Assembly: GCA_040285855.1 (NCBI GenBank)
Contig: JAUFOQ010000006.1
Location: 124,001-188,000, forward strand
DNA length: 64,000 nt
Source: Eukaryota sp. GEM-RC1
Taxonomy: Eukaryota
Reading direction: 5' to 3'
Shown: positions 60,069 to 64,000 of the stretch, one piece after another
Numbering within the stretch: the stretch's first letter is position 1
Layout: every line of letters begins with the position of its first letter
Position numbers and translations under genes: made by a program
The notes under the pieces: generated by a model
The model's database searches: none
Seen by the model: only the letters and a program-made list of their open reading frames with translations
Told to the model about the DNA's origin: nothing

Positions 60069-61065
60069 CTTTATACCTGTAAATCAATTGATCTAAACCG
60101 CCGTTGTTAACTTGGCAATTCCAGCTGTTGTTCATATTCTTTGCAAAAATATCATCATGAAGTGTTTTTTACAGTAATCTCTTGGTTTGACAGACACTTA
60201 TCGGTTAGTTATCAGGTTCACGTTAAAAGATAATGTTCAGTTCATAGTACGGAAAACACCGGGCGTGTTTGAACACTGTGTTCAGTGTGAACGTGTTCTG
60301 AACGTGTTGTATTTTTTGAAGGGGTAGTTGCGGTGTTTTTAGTTGTTGATAGTTTCATGCTGTTGTATGAAAATAGTCTCAAATATACGAATTCTTTACT
60401 ACATAAAAGCTCGTGAGAACAAATAGGAACTCTTTGGAGTCGTAATTGATAGTCAGTGATTGAACGCCATAACAAGTTATACACCAAAGTTAGTTAGCGT
60501 TTCAAGAAATTTGAGATATACACTTGACAATTGGTGTGTTACTACATCTGAGTCTCCAAATTGTTCAAGATGAAATGTGCTTCAATTTACAGCAACACTG
60601 CAACTCATACTTGGATTTGGCAGCAAATCACTGTGTCTTGTACATAAATGTCTTTTCTTTACACTCACAATGCATCTAAAATATCAGTGACCAGTAGTGA
60701 TACGGTTGAAAATGTTGTGTTACACGAGTTCACATGGAAGGGATGCATTCGATCACTGAAGGTCGGACATTTTTAAAGAGAGTATTGGATGAAAAGTTTG
60801 TGTGGTTGGGTGGCGGTGTTGTTGCGGTGTTCAACACGGTGTTGAGGGTGAACTTCAGTTTGGTCTCAAAAAATTTCAAAATCTTCTCTCTTAGTCCATT
60901 AATAGCATTTATAACCACAATCATCTCTTCATGTCTTCCAAACCAGTTGAATCCATACCAAACTTTGTTCCTGATGAAAGCTCTTTCATTGATGTTCGTC
61001 CAACTTATCCACTTATTCACGTTTGAACACCAGTGACGATTTTACTTTAGAACGATACACATGAA

Positions 61066-61791
61066 ATGAACACAATGCGGTCTAGACCCGACTCAGCTCA
61101 CTCTAACAGAGCTAAATCGAGACTGTGTTATGGAATTTGTTGCTTTGTATTGGGGGGCATTTTTGTGGGTTTAATGCTGATCCTCGCACATGTTCACTTA
61201 TTCTCATCCGATACAGACAGTTCTCCTCAGCTGAATTTGATCTCAGTTTCAAGTCTGATCAAATCTCTTGATCACAAATTTCTACGCGTTCAATCCACTG
61301 CCCTTGAATCTAAAGTAGCTGCTGTCACTTCACTTGTAGAGCAGGTTGTAGATGTCCTGGATGTGGATGTTACAGTTGATCTTGACGATAGCTCAGTAGA
61401 TGTATTTGTTGTTAGTGTTGACGGTATGACTCACCCCGTTAAGCTTTCAAACATCAACTTCGTTGTTGATCCGGTGTATCAACTTCAAGCAGTTGAGAAC
61501 TTGATTGTTAATGTAAGTAACGGTTACTTGAATGAAACTAGATCGAGAATCTCTTCTGATGTTGCTTACCCTACTAAAGTGTTGGTGAACCTGATTCAGA
61601 GTAATAATTTGTGGAGTCATGAATTTGGTTCAGTTGAATTCTTCTACAAAAATCATGAACATATATCATTTGAAGAAATTTATCACGGTTATTGTGTCTC
61701 GTACAATTGGTTCTGTATCGAATTCAGATTAATGCAACACGTGAAAGTTATTGAAGTTATTTTTAGGTCAGACATGTACGAAGACTTTTAG
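61066..61791 (+). CDS. Hypothetical type II membrane protein
   Basis: 241-aa ORF with an N-terminal TM segment; a diverged paralogous copy lies ~1.4 kb downstream. Confidence 0.65.
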   Translation: MNTMRSRPDSAHSNRAKSRLCYGICCFVLGGIFVGLMLILAHVHLFSSDTDSSPQLNLISVSSLIKSLDHKFLRVQSTALESKVAAVTSLVEQVVDVLDVDVTVDLDDSSVDVFVVSVDGMTHPVKLSNINFVVDPVYQLQAVENLIVNVSNGYLNETRSRISSDVAYPTKVLVNLIQSNNLWSHEFGSVEFFYKNHEHISFEEIYHGYCVSYNWFCIEFRLMQHVKVIEVIFRSDMYEDF

Positions 61792-62760
61792 AAGTTAGTC
61801 CTTGACAATATACATACTTTTTTTTACATTATTGAAACCTGTCCTGTTGAACTCGTTAGTGGTCAAATCGAAATCAACTGTTGGTTATGACGTTGATTAC
61901 GGATGAAGAAAGTGTTAAACAGAACAAGGACAGTCAAAAATATATTGCGATATATTGCAACCGATGTAAACTACTATATTGTTAATTGTATTAATTCCAT
62001 TGACAACTCACAGCTTACAAGATCATCATAATGGACATTCAACGTTGCCTTGTTTCCGATAGACCCTCATTGGAAGCATATTGATGGCACCAGAAGAAAT
62101 AGTTAATTGACAAGTCATAGTATTAATATAATGCGTCTCATTTCTTGTACCATTGAAGCTATACTATAAAACGTCCTACAACAGCTGCACTTGCTGTGAG
62201 GAATTCAAATCGGAAATGACACATAGAATATTTGAGTAAATCGGCTTCTGGGTAAAAACTAATTAATACTGTGCGAGTCTTTAACATACTAGTAGATTAT
62301 TTCTATTACAAGAACTTCCTTGAAGAAGAATGGTTTCGCCCAAAATTAAGTGTTGAAGTATTTTCATCATTTGGAAACTGCTGCTAAATCTGTTGGACGT
62401 TACAGAATCGTGTTTCCCAATGAACTCTTTCTGTCATTTTTTATCTGTTAGAAGGCAACTGAAATTATTACAAGTTAAAAGACCTCCACGCAAAATTTTC
62501 GAGTATATATTTGAAAATATATGTATGAAAGTATAAGTATGGAGCCACAACTGATACGAACAAACGACAGCTGTTGTGTAAATGGCTTAGTGAAGTCAGA
62601 TGGTTGATAATCAGGGATGAAAGTTTCAAACGTCAATTTTCAAGAAGTCGAAGTGTTTCCTACTCCCGAATCTAGACTGATTGTACTGTACCTCGTTTTT
62701 CTGACTCAATATTCAATAAAATATCAGAGTGAAAAGAATTGTACACCTCCGTCGTTGAGT

Positions 62761-63929
62761 GATGTACAGGTAGACCTTGGCGATACCTCAATAGATGTCT
62801 TTGTTGTTAGTTGAGATATCTCTTGTTTAAATTCAACTTCTATGTTGATCCGCCTTATCAAGACTGTACTCATCTAGCAATAGAATACTTGATTGTTAGT
62901 GTAGGCAATGGATACTTAAATGAATCTAGGTTTAGCTTTTCCCCTGCTGTGAAATATCCCACAGAACTGTTGATCAATTTGATTCAGAGTAATAGTTTAT
63001 GGAGTCATGAGTTTGGTTCAGTTGAATTTTTTTACAAAGCTCATGAACGTCTTTCATCAGTAGAAATCGAGTATGGACACCATCAAATTGATGATTGGTT
63101 CCGTATTGAATTCAGACTAATGCAACAGAAGATCATGGTTGAACTCATATTGGTCTCAACCATAGTTCGAAATGCGTACGACACGTTCGGTAACGTGCTC
63201 CCATACGCGCACGTGCGGAGTACGTGCGGCTTCTTTACCGTATTCTAACGTATTCTTCTTTTTGATATTCTTTTCTGTTAACCAGCACCTATTTTATATT
63301 ATACAATACTGTTGATGAAACAAATACTACAACTCTTCATTCAGGTAGGGACTTACAACAATACGGTATTCTGGTTCATCTTCAAGAAAGTTATGGTCCT
63401 TATCTTGAGATTCAGCAATACACTGATCAATTACCCAGGGGATCACAAGATCTTTTTCTGCTAGTTTAATAATCTGGTGTTTCCGTCTTTGATTGGCGTA
63501 AAGAAATACCAAATCATGCATGAGTGAAGCTTTCATCCTATTGCCTTTCTTGGTTTTAATGATGGAGTGCACAATCCAATTTCTCTCGACAGCTGATTGA
63601 CTTACAATTTTGATTGGTACTGAACGTAGAATACCATCTCGAGAGCCATTTTTTTCCCACAAAGATTTGGGTGAACATTTCTCCATTTCTTACCATGATG
63701 GTTGTTTTTTGAAAAAGCTACGTTTGTTCTCGTTATCATAAAACTCATTTAAAGCATCAGTGTAATGAACCATATGATAAAAGAAATGCAACACGTGTTT
63801 ATGTAAGAATACGGTATTCGCGCACGTGTTCTGCCGTACTCCATACGCGCACGTGCGGAATACGTGCGGCAACTGAATAACACGTTCGCATTTCGAACTA
63901 TGGTCTCAACAATGTTTTATGAAAATTAG
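62761..63929 (+). pseudogene. Disrupted paralog of the 61066-61791 gene
   Basis: Shares VDL.D.S.DVFVVS, NGYLNE.R, NLIQSN.LWSHEFGSVEFFYK.HE, WF.IEFRLMQ. Stop/frameshift at ~62812; hAT insertion in the last codons (VST|MFYEN*). Confidence 0.75.
63161..63902 (-). mobile_element. Internally deleted hAT transposon with transposase dimerization-domain remnant
   Basis: Perfect 16-bp TIR catagttcgaaatgcg; perfect TSD GTCTCAAC (63153-63160, 63903-63910). ORF 63327-63686 has SAVERNW..I.TKK.NRM..DLVF, typical of the hAT C-terminal dimerization domain. ccatacgcgcacgtgcgga occurs at both subtermini. Confidence 0.93.
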
Positions 63930-64000
63930 TTCAACACAATATAGACAGCACGACTCTAAACTTCAAGTCACTGATCAATGGATAAAAAACATCAAAATAT

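Noticed and set aside
60243..60860. Solo CATAG-starting end with AACAC/GTGTT repeats
   Set aside because: Looks like another hAT left end, but no matching right TIR or TSD was found.

Overview
Gene-dense, AT-rich nuclear DNA from a microbial eukaryote, read in the standard genetic code. The AdhE-derived aldehyde dehydrogenase, tiny 28-33 nt spliceosomal introns and repeated RNI-type LRR genes suggest an anaerobic protist, possibly a metamonad (inference). About 25 host genes are recognisable, including TOP6B, a cathepsin B-like pseudoprotease, Tudor-SN, DnaJA, a PPP phosphatase, TFIIE-beta, DDX3, a HECT E3, RBM39-like, TauE, F-box/LRR, a RING-pseudokinase and Vid27. Many are split by 1-nt indels at homopolymers, probably long-read assembly errors. 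The intergenic space is packed with mobile DNA. The most notable locus is a decayed Fanzor (eukaryotic TnpB-like, RNA-guided RuvC nuclease) at 21.3-23.4 kb. It is split just after its RuvC-I Asp by a 631-bp hAT MITE with an 8-bp TSD, and is followed by a hairpin that is a candidate omegaRNA. Also present: two 5'-truncated CRE-like RLE retrotransposons, a ~50-bp dispersed repeat matching one retroelement's 3' end, five hAT-type elements with paired TIRs and 8-bp TSDs (two nested), and small Tc1/mariner-like MITEs. All calls are by eye from motifs; no database searches were run.
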